A DNA stretch of 64,000 bases from Candidatus Latescibacterota bacterium (GCA_965219995.1 CBDCOX010000002.1:1184001-1248000); one strand, 5' to 3'. Positions 1 to 10,688 are shown, numbered from the stretch's first letter. Program-made: numbers and translations. The notes: generated by a model not told the origin, from the letters alone.

Positions 1-1515
<1,515 letters not shown>

Positions 1516-1627
1516 ACGCCTGACGAGCCCGCGCTGACGATCCATTTCCACCAACCACCGTTCGCCCGTCATGCATCGCGTTTCGTATCCGTCACCTCCT
1601 TTTTTCATGCCGAACGGGAAACAGGCC

Positions 1628-3436
1628 ATGGCCCGAATCCCTGAAGATACCGTCGAACAGATCCGCGACTCGGTGGATATCGTCGACGTCATTTCCGAAT
1701 ACGTCGCGCTTACCAGGCGCGGCAAGAGCTATCTGGGCCTGTGCCCGTTTCACGACGACCGGACGCCGTCCCTGAATGTCTCCCAGGAGAAGCAGATCTA
1801 CAAGTGTTTCTCCTGCGGCGCGGGCGGAAACGCGTTCAGGTTCCTGATGGACCTCGAACGCATCAGTTTCGTCGAATCCGTGCGCAAACTCGCCGACCAG
1901 ACCGGCATCGTACTGCCGGAATTCGAGTCCCGGAGTCCGGCGGAAAAGGACCAGAACGACGAACTCTACCGGACGGTCGAATTCGCGAAGAAATACTTCC
2001 GCCATATGCTGATGCGCCATGCGTCCGGCGAAGGCGCGCGCGATTACCTCGTCGGCCGGGGGATTTCCGAATCGATGATGGACGCCTTCGCGCTGGGCTA
2101 TGCCACGAAAGCCTGGGACGGTCTGCTCCGCGTGGCCGGCAGACGTGGATTCAGCGCGCAGACGCTCGAACGGGCGGGCCTGGTTGTGCCCCGCGAGAAC
2201 GGCGGTCATTACGACCGCTTTCGCGACCGGATCATCTTTCCCATCGAGTCGCACACGGGCCGGACCGTGGCTTTCGGCGCCCGCGCCCTCGATCCGGAAC
2301 AACAGCCCAAATACCTGAACTCTCCCGAGACCGCCGTCTACAACAAGAGCGCCACGCTCTACGGCCTCTGGAAGAACCGAGAACCCATCCGTTCAACCCG
2401 GTCGGCGGTAATCGTCGAAGGGTATATGGACCTCGTTGCCCTGGCGCAATTCGATTTCCACAACGCCGTCGCCTCTTCAGGGACCGCGCTTACTCCTGAA
2501 CATGCCCGCATGCTCAAACGGTACGCCGACGTGGCCGTGCTTGTCTTCGATGGCGATGCCGCGGGCACCGCCGCCACCGTGCGCGGCATCGGCGCGATGA
2601 TGGCGTCCGAACTGGAAATCCGCGTGGTCACGCTGGACGGCGGCCACGATCCGGACAGCCTCGTCCGGCAGCGGGGCTCGGACGGCTTTCGCGAACTGAT
2701 CGAGAACGCCGCACCGGTTATGGAATTTCTATTCAGCTGGGTACGGTCACTGGAAGACCTGTCCACGTCGGACGGCAAGACCCGCGCCGTCAAAACCATA
2801 TCGGAAATCGTCTCGCACGCGAAGGACAGCGCACGCAGGCGTTTTCTCACGCAGGAAACCGCCCAGAAGCTGGGCATTGACGAGACCATCGTGATCGAAA
2901 CGGTGCAACGGGCCGCGCGATACCGGCGGAGCGGACGGACGGAGACCGGCGCGGAGTCAGGTGCGGCATCGTTCGAGCCGGGCCCGCGCATGGAACGGGA
3001 ACTGATCACGATGATGATGGCGGACGACAACACGGCCGATACTGTGTTGAAGCAAGTCGACGCCGGTCACTTTACAAACAGTGTATACCGGCGGATCTCG
3101 GGCATGATCGCTGCGGCGCGCAAGGAGGGCCGGACCGCGGCGGCGGCATCGCTGTTGAATCGTTGCGAGGATGCCGGACTGGCCGGTGCCGTAACCGCGC
3201 TGTCCATGGAGACCGGCATCCTCAACCCCGAGGCAAGGGTACCGCTGCAGGACTATCTCAGCAGAATGCAGCTCAATGCGCTGGACGCCCGAATCGATGC
3301 CCTCGAGGCCAAACTTCGCACGGACGGCGGAGGAACCGACCCGATGACGCTGATGGCGGAACACAAAGACCTGACCCGGAAGCGCAAAGCGCTGTTCGCC
3401 GGCCGGCACGGTCCGCCCGAAACGGCGACGCCTTGA
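1628..3436 (+). CDS. dnaG: DNA primase
   Basis: Zinc finger CPFHDD...CFSC, YDRFRDRIIFPI, KYLNSPET, TOPRIM VEGYMD and FDGDAAG, DPD. Start placed at ATG 1628 (MARIPED). Confidence 0.96.
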   Translation: MARIPEDTVEQIRDSVDIVDVISEYVALTRRGKSYLGLCPFHDDRTPSLNVSQEKQIYKCFSCGAGGNAFRFLMDLERISFVESVRKLADQTGIVLPEFESRSPAEKDQNDELYRTVEFAKKYFRHMLMRHASGEGARDYLVGRGISESMMDAFALGYATKAWDGLLRVAGRRGFSAQTLERAGLVVPRENGGHYDRFRDRIIFPIESHTGRTVAFGARALDPEQQPKYLNSPETAVYNKSATLYGLWKNREPIRSTRSAVIVEGYMDLVALAQFDFHNAVASSGTALTPEHARMLKRYADVAVLVFDGDAAGTAATVRGIGAMMASELEIRVVTLDGGHDPDSLVRQRGSDGFRELIENAAPVMEFLFSWVRSLEDLSTSDGKTRAVKTISEIVSHAKDSARRRFLTQETAQKLGIDETIVIETVQRAARYRRSGRTETGAESGAASFEPGPRMERELITMMMADDNTADTVLKQVDAGHFTNSVYRRISGMIAAARKEGRTAAAASLLNRCEDAGLAGAVTALSMETGILNPEARVPLQDYLSRMQLNALDARIDALEAKLRTDGGGTDPMTLMAEHKDLTRKRKALFAGRHGPPETATP

Positions 3437-3675
3437 TCACAAAAAGCTTGTCCTTCCCGCCATTACGAGTAGATTTAACCTTGATTCGTCATTTTTCGAG
3501 GACGTTAATTCGAATAATCGCAAGTTGATAAAGGCGATTAAACATCTGATTACCAGGAACCTTCAGGTCACTGGACGTGAACGGAAAAAATGTGATTGCG
3601 GACGACCTTTTCGGCTCGGTGAGGAAATAACTGCAGGGTCACCGCGTTACCACACACGGCGCTTTGCACGGATTT

Positions 3676-3702
3676 TTTTGTGTCTTTTGTGCTTTTTGTG
3701 GC
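3676..3702. repeat. Short tandem repeat (TTTTGTGnn)x3, 9-bp period
   Basis: TTTTGTG occurs at 3676, 3685 and 3694. Confidence 0.6.
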
Positions 3703-3741
3703 CAATTTTTCGGTTTTTTTTAAATTGAGGCTAACCACTGC

Positions 3742-3818
3742 GGGCCCTTAGCTCAGCTGGTTAGAGCGGCGGACTCATAATCCGTTGGTCGCAGGTTCGA
3801 GTCCTGCAGGGCCCACCA
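3742..3818 (+). tRNA. tRNA with CAT anticodon, most likely tRNA-Ile2 (lysidine-modified)
   Basis: GGGCCCT acceptor stem, D arm AGCTCAGCTGGTTAGAGC, anticodon arm GCGGA-CTCATAA-TCCGT, T loop GGTTCGAGTCC, encoded CCA. Resembles E. coli ileX, and the position downstream of dnaG is typical of Ile2. Confidence 0.93.
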
Positions 3819-3828
3819 GAACACAAAA

Positions 3829-3868
3829 CAGGGAGCCGGTACCTATGTCGGCTCCCTGATTCACTTTT
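3829..3868. terminator. Hairpin between the tRNA and the convergent nuclease gene
   Basis: Perfect 10-bp stem CAGGGAGCCG (3829-3838) / CGGCTCCCTG (3849-3858), with an A-tract on the left and a T-rich tract on the right. Confidence 0.7.
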
Positions 3869-3905
3869 GGCTCGAAATTTCCTGACTCGACGGCGTTTTC
3901 CACGG

Positions 3906-4562
3906 TCAAAAATCATCCACTGCAGCAGCCGATGCGTCTTTGTCCACGCGATCGGGGCATTCACTTACCGGGATTTTGCAGAACCGACATTCCCCGTAAC
4001 TTGGAACTCTTCTGGACGGTTCATTCGATGCCAGTCTGCGTATCAGCCCAGCAAATCGCTCGACGAATTTGCCATCAACAGCCGATGACGGGACCGGGAC
4101 CTCCCGCTCTCCGTAAACAACCCGACCTTCGAAGACAACATCCTTGTATTTCTCGGGAAAGGCTCTGGGAACGGCATACATGTAAAGCATGACCTGCACG
4201 TGATCCGATGACCTCGGTTGACCCGTCTTTATATCGACGATGATGCCGCGATTATGCTTCCTTGCGATTAAGTCGGGCTTTCCTCCGACCGTTGCCGTCC
4301 TTCCCTTGAGGTGGAAGAAATTTTGAGTCTCGGTCGACACCTCGAAGCCTCTATCTTCCAGGTTTTCCTGATATTTATTTCTCGCTGCCGTATGTTCGAT
4401 CTGCCACGCGGTCGAATCGAAATCACCTGGCAAAGCGGTCCAGCTCTTCCCGTCGTGTTGGGCCTGAAACCAGCCGGCCCACTCACATGACGCTTCGCCG
4501 GTCAGCAACTTCGTCAACCACGTCACCCAGATATACGGTAGACCAGGTCTTTTCTCTGCCAT
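3906..4562 (-). CDS. Cas4/RecB-like PD-(D/E)XK nuclease with putative Fe-S cysteines
   Basis: GKPDLI...VDIKTG...QVMLY motifs; N-terminal Cys (ASCEW) plus C-terminal CRFC...C; GAGAGGA RBS before ATG 4562. Confidence 0.8.
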   Translation of the reverse strand: MAEKRPGLPYIWVTWLTKLLTGEASCEWAGWFQAQHDGKSWTALPGDFDSTAWQIEHTAARNKYQENLEDRGFEVSTETQNFFHLKGRTATVGGKPDLIARKHNRGIIVDIKTGQPRSSDHVQVMLYMYAVPRAFPEKYKDVVFEGRVVYGEREVPVPSSAVDGKFVERFAGLIRRLASNEPSRRVPSYGECRFCKIPVSECPDRVDKDASAAAVDDF

Positions 4563-4641
4563 CTTCCTCTCACTTTCGAGGCCGGCAATCGAACTGCACA
4601 TTGCGTTCGGCTAATTCAGCGGATTTCCTTTCCGTCCGTGC

Positions 4642-4926
4642 CTACACACCGAGGTCATCCATGAACTCCGAACCCGGCCGGACGCCACTGACCATCAGAA
4701 AGTCTCTGGCCCGGGTACAGGCGACATACAGCAGGTGTCTCTCCGTGTCATATACCTCTTCAAGGTCCGATTCGTCCGCGGCAGTTTCAATTCGTTCCTG
4801 CCGTGGTATGACCTCGTCATCGCACGCCATCACGGCAACGGCACGAAACTCCAGCCCTTTGGCCAGATGCATCGTGGCTATCGACAACCGACCCTCGGCC
4901 TGCTCTCCTCCTTCATCCAGTACCCT
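4642..4926 (-). pseudogene. C-terminal remnant of a UvrD/SF1 helicase
   Basis: RVLDE...LSIATMHLAKGLEF (motif V) and ERHLLYVACTRARD (motif VI). An in-frame stop lies upstream at 4951-4953, there is no Walker A, and it overlaps the 3' end of the DUF4276 gene. Confidence 0.82.
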
Positions 4927-5620
4927 GAGATGGGATGCCTTCCAGTAGTCTTAGCCAGTGTTGAAAATGCGGGCAAGCGGAACAGATCGTGTTGATGCCG
5001 ATTTCACTCGCCGCGAACGTACCCATCAATGGCTTCTGATACCCAGGTACGAGCGCTTCGATACGCTTGGAAGGTGCTGTGTCTGGCGAGTCGTCGATCT
5101 CTTCCGGACTCGCGAATTGGTGTCTGATTTCCTCAAATGCCACTGCGAGTTCAGGGAACCCTATTCCACGAGCGAATGTGTCACAATCACTGAAAAGCAT
5201 TGATTCGAACTCGTGCATTGCAACGTAGGGGACGAAACGCCTCCGATCGAAATTCGGTCCCATTGCGATGGCGATGTCATCCAATAGAGCATCCTCTACT
5301 ATCATTGCTTTTTCCGACGAAGATCCCCTACCTGTAGCTCGCAGGCGACCCGGCCACGCTTTGGAACCAGTCTTGGGCATTGCGTAGTAGTCCACCATTG
5401 TAGTCGCATAGCTTCCCGGATCTTCTCTCAAGTGCCTTGCAATGTCTCTACGAACGCTGTTCCACGGCCTGATTCCACCACGCCGGTGCCGTTGGCGGGC
5501 GTTTCCAACCAAGCGTGCGCTGATACCGGTAAACCCGAAATCGTACAAATAGGGTGCCAACAGTTCGTTGACGAATTGCTCTTCTGACTGGCCCTCAACA
5601 TGGACAAGCAACCGTTTCAT
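4913..5620 (-). CDS. DUF4276 family protein (TOPRIM-like), partner of the ABC ATPase
   Basis: N-terminal LLVHVEGQSEEQF, TTMVDYY, HEFESMLFSD, PEEIDDSPDTAPSKR and CPHFQHWL; ATGA overlap with the upstream ATPase. Confidence 0.85.
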   Translation of the reverse strand: MKRLLVHVEGQSEEQFVNELLAPYLYDFGFTGISARLVGNARQRHRRGGIRPWNSVRRDIARHLREDPGSYATTMVDYYAMPKTGSKAWPGRLRATGRGSSSEKAMIVEDALLDDIAIAMGPNFDRRRFVPYVAMHEFESMLFSDCDTFARGIGFPELAVAFEEIRHQFASPEEIDDSPDTAPSKRIEALVPGYQKPLMGTFAASEIGINTICSACPHFQHWLRLLEGIPSQGTG

Positions 5621-6714
5621 GAAGGCGATCCGCGACCTGTGTCCTCGGTTGCAGGACGACCGCCGATTTCGTTCTTTTCCCATAGCTGCCCGAGGCTGTA
5701 TTCTTCCAGCCATGCCGCAAGGTTCTTGTTATCCAATCTTTGGAACGTTGTCGCACAGTTTACGCGATCCGCGACGATTACGTCCATTGGATCGAAATGA
5801 TCCAACAGTACCGGCGACTGTGTTGCAACGATGATTTGGGATTCCACGGATGCCTGCTTCAGCATGGAAGCGAGAAGTGTAATGGCGTAAGGATGGAGTC
5901 CAAGCTCCGGTTCATCCAGAAGAACCACGGGCGGGCGCAGCGAGGTCGGCTGAAGAAGAAGCGTGGCTAGGGCCATAAACCGCAGTGTTCCGTCGGACAG
6001 TGAGGACGCGTCGAAGTACGCGTCCGATCCCACGTGGCGCCACTCAAGACGAATCTTGCCTTTGTTCAATGCCATTGGTTCGAGTGCGAAGTCTTCGAAA
6101 AATGGCGCCGCCAGCTGTATGGCACGTTGAATCTGAGTGTATGAATCGTCGTGTTTGTTCTTAAGTAAGAACAGAAACGCCGAGAGGTTCGACCCGTCCG
6201 TTCGAAGACTGCGATTGTCGTTGACATCGGAGGTCGTCTTCAATGGCGACGTTGAGCCTGCATCGTGAAAATGGTAGGTTTGCCAACTCTCAATTTGCCG
6301 GCCAACGTGGTGCGGAAAGGGAAAGTTCGGTGAGTTAGCCCAATTCACATCCTCCGAATTGCCTCTGACTGGGTCTGACGGATGGAACATCAGGTTATTT
6401 ATGTAGAGTCCATCAGAATCGTCACTTCTCAATTCCATTGCAAATCCGGATCGGTCTCGGTCGAAAGAGACTTGCACATCGAGTGTTGGGGTGACTTTTG
6501 CGCCGAAATGCAGAATCCGGTTTGCTCCGCCCGCCTTTCTGACATAGCGCTCCAACCGTCCTTGGATGCAGGCGCGCAGAAACGAGAATACTTCAATAAG
6601 GTTTGACTTTCCTGATCCGTTGGCCCCAATCAACACATTTAGAGGACGCAACTGAAGCATGGCATCGGCAATACTCTTGAAACCTATAACGAAGATTCCG
6701 TCAAGTTTGGTCAT
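5617..6714 (-). CDS. AAA_21 / ABC-type ATPase (RecF/SMC-like), putative defence or TA ATPase
   Basis: Walker A GANGSGKSN, signature LSDGTLR, Walker B LLDEPELGLHP, switch region ATQSP. Confidence 0.9.
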   Translation of the reverse strand: MTKLDGIFVIGFKSIADAMLQLRPLNVLIGANGSGKSNLIEVFSFLRACIQGRLERYVRKAGGANRILHFGAKVTPTLDVQVSFDRDRSGFAMELRSDDSDGLYINNLMFHPSDPVRGNSEDVNWANSPNFPFPHHVGRQIESWQTYHFHDAGSTSPLKTTSDVNDNRSLRTDGSNLSAFLFLLKNKHDDSYTQIQRAIQLAAPFFEDFALEPMALNKGKIRLEWRHVGSDAYFDASSLSDGTLRFMALATLLLQPTSLRPPVVLLDEPELGLHPYAITLLASMLKQASVESQIIVATQSPVLLDHFDPMDVIVADRVNCATTFQRLDNKNLAAWLEEYSLGQLWEKNEIGGRPATEDTGRGSPS

Positions 6715-6722
6715 GGCTCGCC

Positions 6723-7075
6723 TTACTCCCGAAACACCTTCATCACCTCGTCCCCGAGGTGGTTGATTACCTTTACCGCAATCCTGCCGGATCTTGGTTT
6801 GGCGAATGGCCGGGATGTGTCGCTATGTAGTGTTTCCCAGGCTTCCTGGTAGATTTCGGCTCTACGGGTAGTTTTAAGCGGTTGATAAGGGTCGTTTGAG
6901 TTTGCGCCGAGGAAGTGACTTTGTGAACGGAGACGCTCACCTCGATGTCATCTGAATCTGCAAACCAACAGCCGATACCATCATCGCTGCCGCTTGTGAT
7001 TTCAGTGGTGGAGTACATCCACACGACTGACTTTGTTCTCGATTTCACAGTCTTTCGTGCTGAGTATGTCCAAGT
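6723..7075 (-). pseudogene. Frameshifted C-terminal remnant of a site-specific (type III Mod-like) adenine DNA methyltransferase
   Basis: Manual translation of 6917->6723 gives HFLGANSNDPYQPLKTTRRAEIYQEAWETLHSDTSRPFAKPRSGRIAVKVINHLGDEVMKVFRE*. Other frames upstream give DDGIGCWFADSD and LDIL...KVSRVDV. All match the C-terminus of this MTase family as I recall it. Confidence 0.75.
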
Positions 7076-7395
7076 GCTGCTTCCGCTTGGCAAGCCTTTT
7101 ATATGTTCCGAACAAATCTCGCCCCGAAAGTAGAAATGACAATATAAACCCCGCCTCGTGTCAAGGCAAACCTGCATCTTCTTCAGGTTTTTCGCAGCCA
7201 CAGACGACACGCTAAGCAAACCTGTTTCTACGTCTCCTTGCACGCCTGCCAGTTGCTTACAGGCAACTCCCCGCCTCATCAGGCGTCTTAAGCACAGGCG
7301 AGACGATTGCATTTGGAAACGGAAAACGTCTCGCAAATATAGGCACAAACGGATGAGCCGTGTGCATCTTTCCGTACAACGACGCCGGGGTTTCC

Positions 7396-8754
7396 ATGGA
7401 TCGGATATGCAGAAGGTCGCGTCAAGAACGGTTCCGCTTCCCGCCCGGACGGTGGGTTCTCTTCGCCGTAGCCGCATTCTTTATCGCGGCACATTCGGGG
7501 TGCGGGGCGAAATCGCCGGTGGACGAAGCGCCGGAAGAGAGGGAGGAGGTTCAGACCGAAGAGGTGCGGTCCGAAAAGGCGCGAAAGACCTCACTGTCCG
7601 CATCGGACGTGAAGCTGGACGACCTGGTGCGGGGAAACAGCAGGTTCGCGTTCGACCTTTACGCCGCGTTGCGGGAGGAGGACGGAAACCTGTTCTATTC
7701 GCCGCACAGCATCTCCGTGGCGCTGGCGATGATATACGCGGGCGCCAATGAACGGACGGCGCGGCAGATGGAGGAGGTCCTGCGTTTTCAGCTTGCTCCG
7801 GACCAGCTGCACGCGGCATTCAACGTCCTTGACCTGGAGCTCTCATCTCGCGGCGAAGGAAGCAGCGGTCAGGATGGTGACGGATTCCAGTTGAACATCG
7901 CGAATGCCATCTGGGGACAGAAGGAGTACACGTTCCTGCCGCGCTTCCTCGACACCCTGGCCGAGAACTACGGCGCCGGCATGCGCGTTGTTGATTTCAT
8001 CGGCGAACCGGAATCGTCGCGGGAATCAATCAATGACTGGGTCGCCGAACGTACCGGAGACAGGATCCGCGACCTGATTCCGGAGGGTCTGATCGATCCT
8101 CTGACGCGGCTGGTCCTGGCAAACGCCATCTATTTCAATGCAGCCTGGCACCTTCCGTTCGACGAAAACCGGACCTCCATGGCGCCATTCCACCTGTTGA
8201 GCGGCAATCGCATCGACGTACCGATGATGCGCCAGACGGAGGCCTTCAACTACGCGCGCCACGAGAAATCCCAGGCCCAGGCCGTGGAGTTGCAGTACTC
8301 CGGTGAAGAGACGTCGATGTTGATCTTCTTGCCCGCGGCTGGAAAATACGATCAATTCGAAAGCTCGTTAAGCTCGGATATCATCAGCGAGATCTCGAAG
8401 CAACTGAGCCCCGTCCGCATCAGACTTTCCATTCCGTCCTTCGAGATCGAGTCTGAATTCAGGTTGGCCGACACCCTGGCGGGCCTGGGAATGTCCGACG
8501 CATTCGACCCGCAATCAGCGGACTTTTCAGGTATGAACGGCACGAAAGACCTCTATCTTTCCGCAGTCGTTCACAAGGCTTTTGTCAAGGTCGATGAGAA
8601 AGGCACAGAGGCCGGCGCGGCCACGGGAGGGACGATCGGCGTCACCTCGTTGCCGCCCGCGTTCACGGCCGATCGGCCGTTCATTTTTCTGATACGGGAC
8701 CGTGCCACGGATGCCATCCTGTTTGTCGGGCGAATCCTGGACCCGACGAATTGA
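7396..8754 (+). CDS. Serpin (serine protease inhibitor), probable lipoprotein
   Basis: NLFYSPHSI, LVLANAIYFNAAW, hinge/RCL EKGTEAGAATGGTIGVTSLP, FTADRPFIFLI; hydrophobic leader ending in HSGC. Start uncertain. Confidence 0.92.
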   Translation: MDRICRRSRQERFRFPPGRWVLFAVAAFFIAAHSGCGAKSPVDEAPEEREEVQTEEVRSEKARKTSLSASDVKLDDLVRGNSRFAFDLYAALREEDGNLFYSPHSISVALAMIYAGANERTARQMEEVLRFQLAPDQLHAAFNVLDLELSSRGEGSSGQDGDGFQLNIANAIWGQKEYTFLPRFLDTLAENYGAGMRVVDFIGEPESSRESINDWVAERTGDRIRDLIPEGLIDPLTRLVLANAIYFNAAWHLPFDENRTSMAPFHLLSGNRIDVPMMRQTEAFNYARHEKSQAQAVELQYSGEETSMLIFLPAAGKYDQFESSLSSDIISEISKQLSPVRIRLSIPSFEIESEFRLADTLAGLGMSDAFDPQSADFSGMNGTKDLYLSAVVHKAFVKVDEKGTEAGAATGGTIGVTSLPPAFTADRPFIFLIRDRATDAILFVGRILDPTN

Positions 8755-8866
8755 TCCCGGCGACATCCCCCGCTCCCAAACCGCCACACGAAGCGCAAGA
8801 CCCGTACGTCAGAAGGCGTGCGGGTCTTGTTTCATGCGGAAAGCTGAGGATATTCCAACGGTAATC

Positions 8867-9244
8867 TCAGGCGGGATCCGATTCGCGTTGAAACAGCTGG
8901 AGGAGGACGTCGTTCGGACCGTTGAAGAAGCTGAGCCGGATATCGGTTCCCTCCGCGTCGAACGGCTCCACGGCAATGTCCACGCCGGCAGCCTCGAGAT
9001 CCCCGGCGCAGGCGTCCACGTTGCCAACCTTGAACGAGATATGATGAAAGCCTACGTCCTCCTGCATGGTCTTTTGGGGCATCAGCTCCAGGATGATGTT
9101 CCCTGCCTTCAGAAAGACGAAGTCCTCATCGTCCTCATTCGGGAAACGCTCGAGTTCGGTCAGGCCTAACGTCTCTGTATAGAAGCGTACGGCTCCTTCG
9201 ATATCGTCGCTCACGACGGCGATTTTGTGAATATTGCCGATCAT
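8867..9244 (-). CDS. VOC / glyoxalase family protein
   Basis: IHKIAVVSDDIEGAVRFY..LGL, ILELM, FHHISFKV, FFNGPNDVLLQL. Confidence 0.85.
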   Translation of the reverse strand: MIGNIHKIAVVSDDIEGAVRFYTETLGLTELERFPNEDDEDFVFLKAGNIILELMPQKTMQEDVGFHHISFKVGNVDACAGDLEAAGVDIAVEPFDAEGTDIRLSFFNGPNDVLLQLFQRESDPA

Positions 9245-9322
9245 TTCGTTCTCCCGTGGTTACGAGGATCAGGCCCCGCTCGCATTGCGATTTCAGAATG
9301 CGCATTCGGCGTGCGGCCAGAC

Positions 9323-10444
9323 TCAATACAACAGCTCGCGCAGCCGCGGGGGAAGCGATCCCCGCTGTGCAGAATGCCGGTGCGTCAGATCGAGAAGGTC
9401 GACGCCGTAGAACCCATGAAATGCTGAATGGATCTCTTTTTCGTGGTCGGTCATCGCCGGCAGAGGCAGGTCCAACCAGATCCCGTCCTTGCCGGCCGAT
9501 TCGCGGACGCCCATCAGGACCTCGATATCTTTTCGCGCGTTGGGCGCGCCATATTCCAGGGCCTTGCCGTGCACCGCGGCATCGTACAGACTGCACCAGG
9601 CCTCGGCGATGGCAATGCCGTCTTCGCCGGGCAGATTGTAGGCCTTGAGGGGTCGCTCCCATTCGACCTTGGGCGGAGAACCCGTGGCGGATCGACGAAT
9701 CGCTCCCTTCAGCGCGGCGCCCTTTTCCCCCGTGACGATTTCCAGTTTCCTGTCGTCGTCGTAGAGCTGCAATTCCATTCCCCGTAAGGCCCCTTCCGTC
9801 CCAAGAATCTCCCAGTAACTCTTCCTCTGCAGATTGTGTTCGTACGTCCCGCGGATTGCGTCAGACCAACGTATGAAACCCCGTTCTCTCACATCCTGCG
9901 AGGCCGGGCGGGCGCCCGAAACGGCTTGTGGTTCGGTTCCGAGAATCGACCGGACTGCGCTGATTCCGTGATAGGAGCCCGAGGTGTAGGAGAGGTAGAA
10001 TTCCTTGACCTCGCCGATAAGCCCCTGCTTTACAATCTTCTGCTTTATCCGTTCGCGAGGCCATCTTCGGGCGTTCTCGGAGACTTCCAGAAAAACGCCG
10101 TTATCCTCCGCGGCCCGGATCATCATGTCGGCGCAGGGCAGCGTGTGGGCGATCGGCGTCTCGGTGAGGATATGGACCTTGCGTTCAGCCAGCACGCGGG
10201 CAATCGGGTGATGAATCTCCGGCTGGACCGCGATCAGCGCGGCATCCAGCGTCTCGGATTCCAGCATCTCATCCAGGTCCGTGTACGCGTTCGCACCCAG
10301 CTTGCCGGCCACAGATCGAGCCTTCTCCGCGTCGACATCGCACACGCCGACCAACCTGTACCTGTCGGACAGGATCGGCAGGACGGCCAGATGCGCGCTT
10401 GATCGCCCGCCGAGACCAATAACTCCAGCATTCAAGATTGACAT
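9323..10444 (-). CDS. Gfo/Idh/MocA family oxidoreductase
   Basis: Rossmann GVIGLGGR, VGVCD, HILTETP (variant of EKP). Confidence 0.85.
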   Translation of the reverse strand: MSILNAGVIGLGGRSSAHLAVLPILSDRYRLVGVCDVDAEKARSVAGKLGANAYTDLDEMLESETLDAALIAVQPEIHHPIARVLAERKVHILTETPIAHTLPCADMMIRAAEDNGVFLEVSENARRWPRERIKQKIVKQGLIGEVKEFYLSYTSGSYHGISAVRSILGTEPQAVSGARPASQDVRERGFIRWSDAIRGTYEHNLQRKSYWEILGTEGALRGMELQLYDDDRKLEIVTGEKGAALKGAIRRSATGSPPKVEWERPLKAYNLPGEDGIAIAEAWCSLYDAAVHGKALEYGAPNARKDIEVLMGVRESAGKDGIWLDLPLPAMTDHEKEIHSAFHGFYGVDLLDLTHRHSAQRGSLPPRLRELLY

Positions 10445-10688
10445 GCAACCGGATCCTCCCGTTACCTGAGCGCGAAATTGTCGACCCGGTCACCCACCAC
10501 GGCGGAACCGTTCGGCAACCGGCACAGTCGTTCAGACGGGTCCTGACTGACCATGTCAGGAGGCTTCGGATTTCGCAACCCGCGCGACATCGGGCACTCC
10601 CGGACCCGCCCGGAATCCGTCCGCCAAAGAGAAAAAGGCACTCGAAGAGCGCCTCGCGTCGTGTCGCCGTATCCGACCTGCATGCGGG

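Noticed and set aside
3742-3818. Calling the CAT tRNA tRNA-Met or fMet
   Set aside because: It has a paired G1-C72 and lacks the GGG/CCC anticodon stem of initiators. Sequence and location fit Ile2 better, though elongator Met is not fully excluded.
3906-4562. CRISPR-Cas locus suggested by the Cas4-like gene
   Set aside because: No repeat-spacer array or other cas genes were seen in the window.
3819-7395. Active integrative element at the tRNA
   Set aside because: No integrase was found, and I could not see a duplicated tRNA 3' end (attR) by eye.
6773-7477. 234-aa ORF as a real gene
   Set aside because: Only a short internal part resembles a protein, namely a frameshifted piece of the MTase pseudogene, and it overlaps the serpin start.
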